Shown in pieces: positions 40,267 through 49,930 of a stretch of DNA of 64,000 nucleotides. The DNA is from an uncultured Atopobium sp. (GTDB lineage: Bacteria; Actinomycetota; Coriobacteriia; Coriobacteriales; Atopobiaceae), in contig CALCXO010000029.1 in assembly GCA_937905925.1 (NCBI GenBank), forward strand, positions 102,561-166,560. The letters are read 5' to 3'. Within the stretch, counting starts at the first letter, position 1, and each line of letters begins with the position of its first letter. The notes beneath the pieces are model-generated. The model searched no databases, had not been told where the DNA came from, and worked only from the letters and a program-made list of their open reading frames with translations. The position numbers and the translations under genes are program-made.

Positions 40267-40454
40267 TTTTGGGTAAAAAATCCGTTTAGTTGGAAGTCAA
40301 ATCGCAATCACGGAAATTCTTGACTTGCGTTTGCGCAGGTGGCAAAAAGTGTCCAGATTTTACTATTTTTATCCGTAACAAAACCGCAGTTAAATGGCTT
40401 GCATAAAAATCAACCACCACTGCATATTCCAACTAAACGCATTTTTTACCACTT
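40267..40454. mobile_element. 188-bp AT-rich MITE-like element, copy 1
   Basis: Terminal inverted repeats TTTTGGGTAAAAAATCCGTTTAGTTGGAA and TTCCAACTAAACGCATTTTTTACCACTT. It is the inverted homologue of 50878-51065. No ORF. Confidence 0.7.
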
Positions 40455-40768
40455 GCATGCCAAGCGCTCAGCAAAACCGCAGTTGGCATTAATTCTGTCT
40501 TACATTTCTTCGTTAAAACGATTCTTTCAAAAGGATTTGAAAACACGACCTTGGTATTTGAAAACATCACCTTGTCAGTTTAACCAAATTTATATATGCA
40601 CAGGTGAACATATATGTTTAGCAAGAAAATTTTTCTAAAAAAGAAGGGAATTTCTTCTAATTCTCGTAAATACGTAACAGAGTATGGGTATTGTTATCGC
40701 AGATAGAAAACATATTCTATCTGCGCCAAATACGGCAATTATTAAAGCTGATGCACTAAGGAGGCATC

Positions 40769-42409
40769 ATGAAGACGGGTTTTGAACTACTGAATGATCC
40801 ATTTTTGAACAAGGGAACCGCTTTTACGCAGGAGGAGCGCCAAAAATATGGCCTGGTAGGCCTTCTTCCTCCAAACATTCAGACCATTGAGGAGCAGGCG
40901 GAGCAAGCATATGTGCTTTTCCAGCAGTATCCTGACCTCGAGACAAAGCGCCACTACCTCATGAGGCTTTTCTCTGAAAACCGCACGCTGTTCTACAACC
41001 TGTTCTCCAAGCACGTTGAAGAGTTCATGCCTATTGTCTACGACCCAACTATTGCTCCAGATATTGAGCAGTATTCTCAGCGCTATGTCGATCCACAGTA
41101 TGCATGCTTCCTGTCAGTTGATCGTCCTGAGGCCCTTGAAACCTCGCTGAAGAACGCAGCCGCAGGTAGAGACATCGACCTGATTGTCGTCACCGATGCA
41201 GAAGCAATCCTGGGTATTGGCGACTGGGGCACTAACGGCGTCGAAATTTCCGTTGGCAAGCTCATGGTTTACACTGCCGCAGCTGGTGTTGACCCTAATC
41301 GCATCATGCCTGTTGTCATTGACGCTGGCACCAATCGCCAGGAACTTCTCGATGACCCGCTATACCTGGGCGAACGCCACAAGCGCGTTGATGAAGACCG
41401 CTATAACGCATTCATTGACAACTTTGTAACCACCGTCGAGAAGCTCTTCCCTAACCTCTACCTGCACTTCGAGGACTTCGGCCGCTCGCACGCTGCAGCA
41501 ATCCTGGACCGCTACAAGAACACCTACCCTGTCTTCAACGACGACGTCGAGGGTACTGGTATTGTTACCCTTGCAGGCATCCTCGGCGGCCTCAATATTT
41601 CTGGCGAGAAACTCGTCGACCAGGTATATCTCTGCTTTGGCGCAGGAACTGCTGGTTGTGGCATCGCTGAGCGTGTACTTCAGGAATTTGTGGACCAGGG
41701 AATGGACCGTGAAGAGGCTCGAAAGCGCTTCTATCTGGTAGATCGTCAGGGTCTACTCTTTGATGACATGGACAACCTCACTCCACAGCAGAAGCCATTT
41801 GCTCGCAAGCGTTCTGAATTCGCAAACGCTGATGAGCTTACCAACCTCGCAGCTGTTGTAAAGGCGGTTCACCCAACAATCATGGTTGGAACCTCTACCG
41901 TTTATGGAGCGTTTACCGAAGAGATTATTCGCGAAATGGCAGCTCATTGCGAACGCCCCATGGTCTTCCCTCTGTCCAACCCAACTAAACTTGCGGAGGC
42001 AACCGCCCAAGACCTGCTGACCTGGACAGACGGTCGCGCGCTTGTAGCCTGCGGCGTCCCATCCGATGACGTGGAGTTCAACGGCGTAACCTACCAGATT
42101 GGCCAGGCAAACAACGCTCTGATTTATCCAGGTCTTGGACTGGGAACCCTCGCCGCAAAGGCTCGCCTGCTCACAGACCAGATGATTTCGCTTGCAGCTC
42201 ACTCGCTTGGTGGAATCGTCGACACCACAAAGCCTGGTGCGGCAATTCTTCCTCCAGTCTCCAAGATTACCGAGTTCTCCGAGCGTATTGCTGTTGGCGT
42301 TGCAGGGGAGGCAATTAGGCAGGGTCTGAACCGCGAGCCAATTGCCGATGCAAAAGAGGCAGTTGACGCCCTTAAGTGGTTCCCTGTCTACAAAGAGTTA
42401 GAGGCATAG
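40769..42409 (+). CDS. mleS: NAD-dependent malic enzyme family protein, probably a malolactic enzyme
   Basis: 546 aa. The N-terminus [29 protein letters not shown] is typical of malolactic enzymes. An AEC-type permease follows immediately, as in mleS-mleP. AAGGAGGCATC precedes the ATG. Confidence 0.75.
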   Translation: MKTGFELLNDPFLNKGTAFTQEERQKYGLVGLLPPNIQTIEEQAEQAYVLFQQYPDLETKRHYLMRLFSENRTLFYNLFSKHVEEFMPIVYDPTIAPDIEQYSQRYVDPQYACFLSVDRPEALETSLKNAAAGRDIDLIVVTDAEAILGIGDWGTNGVEISVGKLMVYTAAAGVDPNRIMPVVIDAGTNRQELLDDPLYLGERHKRVDEDRYNAFIDNFVTTVEKLFPNLYLHFEDFGRSHAAAILDRYKNTYPVFNDDVEGTGIVTLAGILGGLNISGEKLVDQVYLCFGAGTAGCGIAERVLQEFVDQGMDREEARKRFYLVDRQGLLFDDMDNLTPQQKPFARKRSEFANADELTNLAAVVKAVHPTIMVGTSTVYGAFTEEIIREMAAHCERPMVFPLSNPTKLAEATAQDLLTWTDGRALVACGVPSDDVEFNGVTYQIGQANNALIYPGLGLGTLAAKARLLTDQMISLAAHSLGGIVDTTKPGAAILPPVSKITEFSERIAVGVAGEAIRQGLNREPIADAKEAVDALKWFPVYKELEA

Positions 42410-42410
42410 C

Positions 42411-43385
42411 ATGTCTGTCTTTTTGACATCGCTACAAAATGTATTGCCCATCATTTTGATCATTGTGCTGGGTTATGTACTGAGGAAGATTAACTGGCTC
42501 AACGAGACATTCGCTGGTCAAGCATCTAAGCTCATCATGAATGTGGCGCTTCCTTCCTCTATTTTTGTAGCGGTACTAAAAAACTTGTCTCTCAATCAGC
42601 TGCTCCAGCTTGGTCCCTCGGTGCTTATCGCAGCGATTAGCTTTACTTTGTCATATGCTGCAGGATTTTTGGTTATCAACGTTTTCCGCGTCCAACCAGG
42701 TCGCCGAGGCTTGATGCTCAATACCTTTGCAAATGCCAACACCATCTTCATTGGTATGCCGCTTAATCTTGCGCTCTTTGGCGAGCACGCCGTACCGTAC
42801 TTCTTGGTGTACTACATCATGAACACTATTTCTACCTGGGCAATTGGAATCTTCTTCATTTACGGTGATCCAATGCCAACAGAAAATGATGGCGAGAAAA
42901 ACAACGCAGCTGAGCACAAATTCAATATCAGCAAGTTGTTACCACCACCATTGCTTGGTTTCTTGGTAGCCCTCGTTTTTCTCGTGTTCAACATCCCTGT
43001 TCCAGCAGTTGTAAACACTGGTCTTACGTATTTAGGCAACCTAGTAACGCCACTTTCGCTGATTTACATTGGCATTATTTTGCAGGAAACGGGACTCTCG
43101 AGCATTCGAATTGACCGCGACACGGCAATTACGCTTATTGGTAAATTTGTTATTGCCCCGCTTATTATGGTTGGCGTAATCATGGCGTTTACCGGCGTGT
43201 TTGGTACACAGAACGTACTTGAAACTAGAACGTTTATCATCCAGGCCGCAGTTCCAGCGCTAACCGTTCTGCCAATTCTGGCAAACGAGGGTAAGGCTGA
43301 CGTCAAATTTGCAACTAACGTTGTTGCAACTTCAACGGTGCTCTTCGCGATTGTCATTCCTATCGTAATGACCATCATTGGCTAA
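42411..43385 (+). CDS. mleP: AEC (auxin efflux carrier) family transporter, malate-permease-like
   Basis: 324-aa polytopic membrane protein starting 2 nt after the malic-enzyme stop. Confidence 0.7.
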   Translation: MSVFLTSLQNVLPIILIIVLGYVLRKINWLNETFAGQASKLIMNVALPSSIFVAVLKNLSLNQLLQLGPSVLIAAISFTLSYAAGFLVINVFRVQPGRRGLMLNTFANANTIFIGMPLNLALFGEHAVPYFLVYYIMNTISTWAIGIFFIYGDPMPTENDGEKNNAAEHKFNISKLLPPPLLGFLVALVFLVFNIPVPAVVNTGLTYLGNLVTPLSLIYIGIILQETGLSSIRIDRDTAITLIGKFVIAPLIMVGVIMAFTGVFGTQNVLETRTFIIQAAVPALTVLPILANEGKADVKFATNVVATSTVLFAIVIPIVMTIIG

Positions 43386-43420
43386 AATACGTTACCAACC
43401 AGCACTTTTACGCACTACAA

Positions 43421-43454
43421 AGCCTCTTCTCAATGGCGAGAAGAGGCTTTTTTC
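43421..43454 (+). terminator. Intrinsic terminator after the permease gene
   Basis: AGCCTCTTCTC-aatggc-GAGAAGAGGCT followed by TTTTTTC. Confidence 0.8.
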
Positions 43455-43489
43455 TTGTGACTTTTTCTTGTGACTTTAATGCGCCAAAA

Positions 43490-44476
43490 TTAGTCCAATA
43501 GCACACCTTCAACTGCAGAGGCGGAGCCGTCGAGGACGTTGCACTTTTGGATCTGGTGGACAAACCAAGTACGGAATGCCTTTTGGTCAACGCCAACACA
43601 TACAGTTGCATTGGGTTTCTCGCCAAGATATCCGGCCAGGTCAACGACGGTGCAGCCAGCGGTTAAGCCTCCAGCGCATTCGACGTCCACAAACACGTCT
43701 TTGGTCTCGAACATCTGAGGTGCCAGCAGGTAGGCCACGGCCGTTGGGTCGTACATGCTGAAACCCTCCTCCTGGTAGTGAACGCGGTAGTTGAGCAGCA
43801 GCTTGACCAGCATGTCGCCGCTCTTGCCGGAGTTCTGGATGTTCTCGATATCCTCGGGCATGACGCGAGCAGCGTCGCCCACCTCAAGGCCAACCATGGC
43901 CACGTGAATGCCGGATGCGAAGACAATTTTTGCCGCCTCGGGGTCAACGCCGACGTTAAACTCGGACATGACGCCAAGGTTTCCACGGGTCAGAGCGCCG
44001 CCCATCATAACAATGCGCTCGATATGCTCTTTGACCTGTGGATATGCTTTCAGCAGCAGTGCGATGTTAGTCAGAGGACCAAGCGTCACCAGCGTGGTTT
44101 TCTCGCCAGACGAAGCACCCTCCATAATGACGCGACGCTGTGCTTCAAGTGCAGTTTCTTCGAGCAGACAGTCCGGCTGAATGCCATCAAATTCGTAGCC
44201 CCTCATGCCCGAAGCGCCGTGGACGTCGCTTGCGTCCATCGGTTTTCTGAGCAGTGGCTCGGCAGCACCACGCGCAACAGGCACATGCTGATTCCAGAAT
44301 TTGAGCAGTTTAAGAGCGTTATTGGTGACGTTCTCGATGCCAACATTTCCGCTGACGGTAGTAATAAGCTTGATATCCAGCGCCTTTGCGGCCAGGGCAA
44401 ATCCCAGCGCAATGGCGTCGTCAATGCCGGGATCCGTGTCAATGATGACGCGCGTCTTAGTTGAAAGCGTTGTCAT
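43490..44476 (-). CDS. Nucleoside hydrolase (IUNH family)
   Basis: The N-terminal VIIDTDPGIDDAIAL matches the DxDxxxDD fingerprint. 328 aa. Downstream of rbsK. Confidence 0.88.
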   Translation of the reverse strand: MTTLSTKTRVIIDTDPGIDDAIALGFALAAKALDIKLITTVSGNVGIENVTNNALKLLKFWNQHVPVARGAAEPLLRKPMDASDVHGASGMRGYEFDGIQPDCLLEETALEAQRRVIMEGASSGEKTTLVTLGPLTNIALLLKAYPQVKEHIERIVMMGGALTRGNLGVMSEFNVGVDPEAAKIVFASGIHVAMVGLEVGDAARVMPEDIENIQNSGKSGDMLVKLLLNYRVHYQEEGFSMYDPTAVAYLLAPQMFETKDVFVDVECAGGLTAGCTVVDLAGYLGEKPNATVCVGVDQKAFRTWFVHQIQKCNVLDGSASAVEGVLLD

Positions 44477-44610
44477 AAGTCTCCTTTGTGCGATTGAACT
44501 GCGTGTACGTTACGTTTGAGCTGCGTATAGACTGCGTTTGGACTTGGTTGGAGCCATTTGAACTGCGTGTAAGCTGCAAATTATGGAGCAATAATCACTG
44601 CAATTTTAAC

Positions 44611-45531
44611 CTAAAACTCAACTACCTGCTGATACGTTGGAATTGATTGCTGGGCGCCAACCTTAGTGGTGGCAAGCGCCGCGGCCTTTGCAGCCACATC
44701 AAGCGCCTGCTTGATATCGTGCCCCTCTAGCTGGCCCGATGCCTGGAACGCAGCAAGCGTACCCATAAACGTGTCGCCCGCACAGGTAGTGTCCACGGTG
44801 TCCACGCGGTAACATTCCTGCTGGTACACGCCGTGTGAGTCGGCAGCAATGGAACCCTTGGAACCCAACGTCAACACCGCAGTTGCCACGCCACTTGCAA
44901 GCACCTTCTGCACTGCAGCCTCGGGATCTGCCAGCGGGCTGATCTTGCCCTCGCCAAACAAGTCTGCAAACTCAATCTCGTTCAGGCAAAGCACGTCCAC
45001 GCTGGCGAGAAGACCGGTGGTCATGGTAGCCGATGGCGACGGGTTCACCATCGTATAGAGTCCCAGCTCATGTGCGTATCTGATAAGCTCAAACGTGGTC
45101 GACAACTCGCACTCGAACTGCGTCAAGAACACGTCACCTGGCTCCGCAATGCGATCAAGCACCGCTTTTACATCGTCGGCTGTGCGTACGTGATTTGCAC
45201 CGTGGTCCAAAATGATACGGTTATCGCCCCCCACACGCACAATCACAGCAACACCAGTGGAGACTCCAGACAGCTCATCTACCTGCTCTGCATTGACACC
45301 ATAATCAATAAGCGACTGCTTCAGATCTTGTCCGAACGAGTCAGCGCCAACCGCGCCAATCATGTGAACGTCCGCGCCCATTCGAGCTGCAGCAACAGCC
45401 TGATTAGCACCCTTTCCACCTGGGCTGGTAACAAGGTTTTTGCCACCAATAGTCTCGCCTTGCTGAGGCATCTTATCCGCCTCGATGGATATATCCATGT
45501 TCAGGCTTCCAAATACAATCACTTTGCCCAT
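44611..45531 (-). CDS. rbsK: Ribokinase
   Basis: GGKGANQAVAAARMG and DTTCAGDTF (DTxGAGD) motifs. The ATG at 45531 (MGKVIVFGSLNMD) follows AAGGAAGGGA. Confidence 0.88.
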   Translation of the reverse strand: MGKVIVFGSLNMDISIEADKMPQQGETIGGKNLVTSPGGKGANQAVAAARMGADVHMIGAVGADSFGQDLKQSLIDYGVNAEQVDELSGVSTGVAVIVRVGGDNRIILDHGANHVRTADDVKAVLDRIAEPGDVFLTQFECELSTTFELIRYAHELGLYTMVNPSPSATMTTGLLASVDVLCLNEIEFADLFGEGKISPLADPEAAVQKVLASGVATAVLTLGSKGSIAADSHGVYQQECYRVDTVDTTCAGDTFMGTLAAFQASGQLEGHDIKQALDVAAKAAALATTKVGAQQSIPTYQQVVEF

Positions 45532-46079
45532 GTGAGGTCCCTTCCTTGCAAGAGTGCAGCGCTCAACGTTGCCGGTCAACAGTTCGGTTCAGCACTCACC
45601 GCGATGTAAAACGCACTTCTCGACGTTGCAGCCCGACGTTCTTCTCGACAGTATGTATTAAATAAATGTCCTGTTTATAGGGTATATAGTAATAACTTGA
45701 CCAATCGCGTCAACCCAACTACTCTTAGAGTGCTTGAGTGGACGGACGTTCAATTTTTCAGTTGGCGCCGCTCTTGCAAAACACCTATTTCAAGGAGGTG
45801 CTTTATATGCCTGGTCGAAGTAGCAGCTTACGTCTGACAGCAGATGCTGACCCTGTTCATTTATGTGTGACGGATATAAAGAAACCTCTTATTCAAAAGT
45901 TTTAATTTTTACTGCACCGCGAGCCTATAGGGATATAAATTTGCAGGTTTATAGAGCAATCCTGTAGATATATGAATCTATGTGGCAGGTTTTAAGTCCC
46001 ACACATAACAGAACGCTTTCAGTTTGCGTCATACACCAACCAGTTAGTCACTTATTTCCACTAATTATCGGAGGTGCAC

Positions 46080-49004
46080 ATGGCAATCATGAAGCGCACA
46101 ACCCAAACAAAGACAGCTCAAACAAAGACAACTCAGACTACCTCGGGAGAGCTTGGACAGTCCTTGACCTTTGCCGCAACTCACTCGGTAAAGAGCGTCT
46201 GTCGTAAGTTCCATACCACCCCGGACGGCCTTGCCATTGACATTGCGCAGGCAAAATACGACCTCAACGGTCCAAACGTTATCACCAGTGCCGCTGAGGA
46301 GCCCTTTATCATCCGTCTGCTCAAAAGCTTTGCAAGCCCCTTTACCTTCATATTGATTGCGCTCGCAGGCATTTCTTACGTCACTAACGTGGCCCTTGCC
46401 GCAGATGGCGAGAAGGACCCGTCAACCGTCGTCATCATCACGGCAATGGTACTTATCTCCGGCATCATTGACTTTGTCCAGAGCTCCAAGGGAGCATCGG
46501 CAGCGGCCGCGCTCTCCAAGATGGTGACCTCAACCACAAGGGTCATCCGTCGTCCCATCGACTTTGATGACACGGGCACTGAGCAGGGCTTAAACCAGAA
46601 CTCCGACCAAGAGCTTAGCCAAGACCCAGACGCCAATGCGTATGACCTCACGGACTTCGAAGAAGACGCCGCTTATGAAGGCGCTGCCGATGAAGACGAA
46701 GCTCCTGAAGAGCCCAAGCTTGCTTCTGCTCTGGGAGAAGAGATCCCCTTTGAACAGGTAGTCGTTGGCGATATCATTCGCCTTGCCTCGGGAGACATGA
46801 TTCCTGCGGACTGCCGCGTTCTGGACGCCAAGGACCTCTTTGTCAACGAGACCGCGCTCACCGGAGAATCAGAGTCCGTCGAGAAAACTGCTGGTGTAGT
46901 GCACGCTCGCCGTCGCGCGGATGGTACACGCTATCCCCTCTCGCTCTCTGAGTGCACAAACCTGCTGTTTGCCGGTACTACCGTTCAGTCGGGAAGTGCC
47001 ACGGTAGTGGTAATTACAACAGGCAATAAAACCTACGTAGGCACTATGTCCGAGCTGCTTCAGCAGCCTTCTGGCGAGACCAGCTTTGACGAGGGTCTCA
47101 AATCCGTCTCTAAAGTACTTGTCTCGTTCATGCTAATCATGTGCCCTATTGTGTTCTTTGCAAACGGTTTCCTTAAGGGTGACTGGTTTGACGCGCTGCT
47201 CTTCAGCGTTTCCGTTGCCGTTGGCATTACCCCTCAGATGTTGCCTGTTATTGTAACCACTTGCCTTTCTCGCGGTGGAACACAGATGGCCAAGCAGGAC
47301 GTTATTGTTAAGAATCCGGCCGCAATCCAAAACCTGGGCGCCATGGACATCCTATGCACCGACAAAACCGGTACCATCACCGCAGACGAGGTTGTGCTTG
47401 AGCGCCACCTCAACATTCTGGGCGAAGAGGATCCTCGCGTACTCCGCTATGCGTACCTGAACAGCTATTTCCAGACGGGCCTTCGAAATCTCATCGACAA
47501 GGCAATTATCAAGACTTCAAACGATGAACTGCCCACTAACCTGCTGAGCATTGAGTACGAAAAAATCGACGAGGTCCCATTTGACTTTGAGCGTCGCCGC
47601 ATGAGCGTTGTAGTGAGAAATACAAAAACTAACAAAACGCATATGATCACCAAGGGCGCCGTTGAAGAAGTTCTCAACGCGTGCTCCTTTGTTGACCTGG
47701 ACTCTGAAATCAAACCGCTAACTCCCGCTCAGCGCAAGAACGTTATGGACCGCGTCTACCAGCTCAATCAGGAAGGCATGCGCGTGGTTGGCGTTGCTCA
47801 GAAGAGTGACCCTCGTGGCGTCGGCGAGTTTGGTGTAGACGATGAGCGCGACATGGTGCTCATTGGCTACCTGGCCTTTTTGGACCCACCAAAAGAAAGC
47901 GCTCGCGAGGCAATTGCCAAGCTCAACCAGAGAGGCGTGCAGGTCAAGGTACTTACCGGCGATAACGAAGGCGTTGCCGCTGCCGTCTGCAAGAAGGTGG
48001 GCATCCACGTTGACGAGCTCTTGCTAGGTAGCGACGTAGAGAACCTTAACGATGAGCAGCTCAAAGAGCGTGTCGAGAAGACCCAGCTCTTTGCAAAGCT
48101 TTCCCCTATGCAAAAGGCTCGTGTTGTCTCTGCACTCAGGTCCAACAACCACGTAGTCGGCTTCATGGGCGACGGCATCAACGACGCTGCTGCAATGCGC
48201 TCCTCCGACGTAGGAATCTCCGTTGACACCGCCGTTGACGTGGCAAAAGAGTCTGCTGACATCATTTTGCTGCAGAAGGATCTGCTGGTACTTGAGCACG
48301 GCGTTGAAGAGGGTCGCAGAACCTACGGCAACACCATCAAGTACATCAAGGCAACCGCAAGCTCCAACTTTGGTAACGTGCTATCCGTTTTGGTGGCCAG
48401 CTTCTTCCTGCCATTCTTGCCAATGAGCGCGCTTCAGCTGCTCCTCTTGGGCCTTGCATATACCGTTACCTGCATTGCGATTCCTTGGGACAACGTTGAC
48501 GATTCGTTCCTCTCAAGCCCTCGCTCTTGGGATGCTCATTCAATTACAAACTTTATGCTTTGGATTGGACCTATCAGTTCAATCTTTGATGTGCTGACCT
48601 TTGCCCTCATGTTCTTTGTAGTCTCTCCCGCACTTGCCGGAGGAACCTGGGCAGAACTTGCTGCAGCTGGAAACACCGCTGCTCAAGCACTCTTTATTCT
48701 GTCTTTCCAAACAGGTTGGTTCATCGAATCCATGTGGACCCAGACCTTTGTTCTCCACGCGCTCAGAACCAATAAGATTCCGTTTATTCAGAGCATGCCA
48801 TCAGCATCGCTGCTTGCTCTAACCTCTGCGGGAATCATTGTGGTCAGTGCTCTTCCGTATCTGTCGGTTTTCGCCCAGCCCTTGAGTCTTGTTGCGCTAC
48901 CTTTATCATTCTTTGGATGGCTAACTGCACTCATGAGCGGGTATATGGTTCTTATCACCATAATTAAGAGCCTCTACGTCAAGCGATTTGGCTCGCTGCT
49001 TTAA
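46080..49004 (+). CDS. mgtA: Magnesium-translocating P-type ATPase (MgtA/MgtB type)
   Basis: DKTGTIT, MITKGA, TGDN and GDGINDAAAM motifs with MgtA-like topology. The ATG at 46080 lies 5 nt after GGAGG. Confidence 0.9.
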   Translation: MAIMKRTTQTKTAQTKTTQTTSGELGQSLTFAATHSVKSVCRKFHTTPDGLAIDIAQAKYDLNGPNVITSAAEEPFIIRLLKSFASPFTFILIALAGISYVTNVALAADGEKDPSTVVIITAMVLISGIIDFVQSSKGASAAAALSKMVTSTTRVIRRPIDFDDTGTEQGLNQNSDQELSQDPDANAYDLTDFEEDAAYEGAADEDEAPEEPKLASALGEEIPFEQVVVGDIIRLASGDMIPADCRVLDAKDLFVNETALTGESESVEKTAGVVHARRRADGTRYPLSLSECTNLLFAGTTVQSGSATVVVITTGNKTYVGTMSELLQQPSGETSFDEGLKSVSKVLVSFMLIMCPIVFFANGFLKGDWFDALLFSVSVAVGITPQMLPVIVTTCLSRGGTQMAKQDVIVKNPAAIQNLGAMDILCTDKTGTITADEVVLERHLNILGEEDPRVLRYAYLNSYFQTGLRNLIDKAIIKTSNDELPTNLLSIEYEKIDEVPFDFERRRMSVVVRNTKTNKTHMITKGAVEEVLNACSFVDLDSEIKPLTPAQRKNVMDRVYQLNQEGMRVVGVAQKSDPRGVGEFGVDDERDMVLIGYLAFLDPPKESAREAIAKLNQRGVQVKVLTGDNEGVAAAVCKKVGIHVDELLLGSDVENLNDEQLKERVEKTQLFAKLSPMQKARVVSALRSNNHVVGFMGDGINDAAAMRSSDVGISVDTAVDVAKESADIILLQKDLLVLEHGVEEGRRTYGNTIKYIKATASSNFGNVLSVLVASFFLPFLPMSALQLLLLGLAYTVTCIAIPWDNVDDSFLSSPRSWDAHSITNFMLWIGPISSIFDVLTFALMFFVVSPALAGGTWAELAAAGNTAAQALFILSFQTGWFIESMWTQTFVLHALRTNKIPFIQSMPSASLLALTSAGIIVVSALPYLSVFAQPLSLVALPLSFFGWLTALMSGYMVLITIIKSLYVKRFGSLL

Positions 49005-49026
49005 CCTTGCTCTAGGAAGGACCACG

Positions 49027-49797
49027 ATGGACGTAAAAGAAGCTATGGACCAGCGCATATCTCTGCGCGCGTACGACCAAAAGCCTATTGAGCAAGAGAA
49101 ACTTTCTCAGCTCCAGGAAGCCATTGACGTCGCAAATGCCCAGATGGCAGAGGTAGCGCCTGATCACCCCGCAATCCTTACCATCGAGGGCCCTCACCTT
49201 GAGGATGGCACTTCCGTTCACATGAAGAACAGGTCTATTGTCGGTCCCATTTACCACTACGTAGCAGGTTATTGTGAAGACGCAATTGCTCGTGAACTCA
49301 TCGGCTACTATGGCGAGAAGATCGTTCTTCTCGCCACCCAGCTGGGCATTGGTTCATGCTGGATTGCCGAGACCATGGACTGGAAGACCCTGGCTCGCGA
49401 CGAGTACAACGGCCTTAAGCTGGGCATTATTATTTCTATCGGATACGCTCCGGAGAAGATTCCACTCAAGCAGGAGGGCATTCGTACCGCAATTCGTCTG
49501 CGCACCAAAAAGCCTGCGCAGATTATGACGGCAAACGGTACTCCAACTGAGCCGGAGCAGATGCCCGAGTGGTTTAATCGCGGCATTGATGCGGTTTTGG
49601 CATGTCCAACCGCCATTAACAAGCTGCCAGTTGTATTTGACCTGACAGATGGCGTGGTAAGCGCGTCTATGCCTAACCAGCGCCACCTCATCCAAGACTA
49701 TGACCTGGGTATCTCCAAGCTGCACTTTGAGCTTGCTGCCGACCTCAAAGGTACGTGGGAGCTTGGACAGCCTGGTCGCTTTATCGTTTCCGAGTAG
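49027..49797 (+). CDS. Nitroreductase-family protein
   Basis: MDVKEAMDQRISLRAYDQKPI... is a nitroreductase-fold N-terminus. The ATG at 49027 follows GGAAGGA. Confidence 0.6.
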   Translation: MDVKEAMDQRISLRAYDQKPIEQEKLSQLQEAIDVANAQMAEVAPDHPAILTIEGPHLEDGTSVHMKNRSIVGPIYHYVAGYCEDAIARELIGYYGEKIVLLATQLGIGSCWIAETMDWKTLARDEYNGLKLGIIISIGYAPEKIPLKQEGIRTAIRLRTKKPAQIMTANGTPTEPEQMPEWFNRGIDAVLACPTAINKLPVVFDLTDGVVSASMPNQRHLIQDYDLGISKLHFELAADLKGTWELGQPGRFIVSE

Positions 49798-49930
49798 CCT
49801 TCCGCGCGTAGCGCCCCAGCTCACAAACGTCATGTTCCCGAGTGGCGCATTCCTAGACGACACTCCCGGCTCACCGCACCCAGCGCGCCTCTCAGCTCAG
49901 CACCGCACCACTAACAAGAAAGGACCTCAC

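Noticed and set aside
39609-40307. 232-aa minus-strand ORF overlapping the SpeE-like gene
   Set aside because: It is antisense to a plus-strand ORF with a clear methyltransferase-fold pattern. Its own translation is Ser/Ala/Thr-rich with no motifs, and its 5' end derives from the MITE-like repeat.
45580-46079. M-box (ykoK) Mg2+ riboswitch upstream of mgtA
   Set aside because: It is expected from context, but I could not recognise the conserved M-box helices or sequence blocks by eye. It needs a covariance-model scan before any call.
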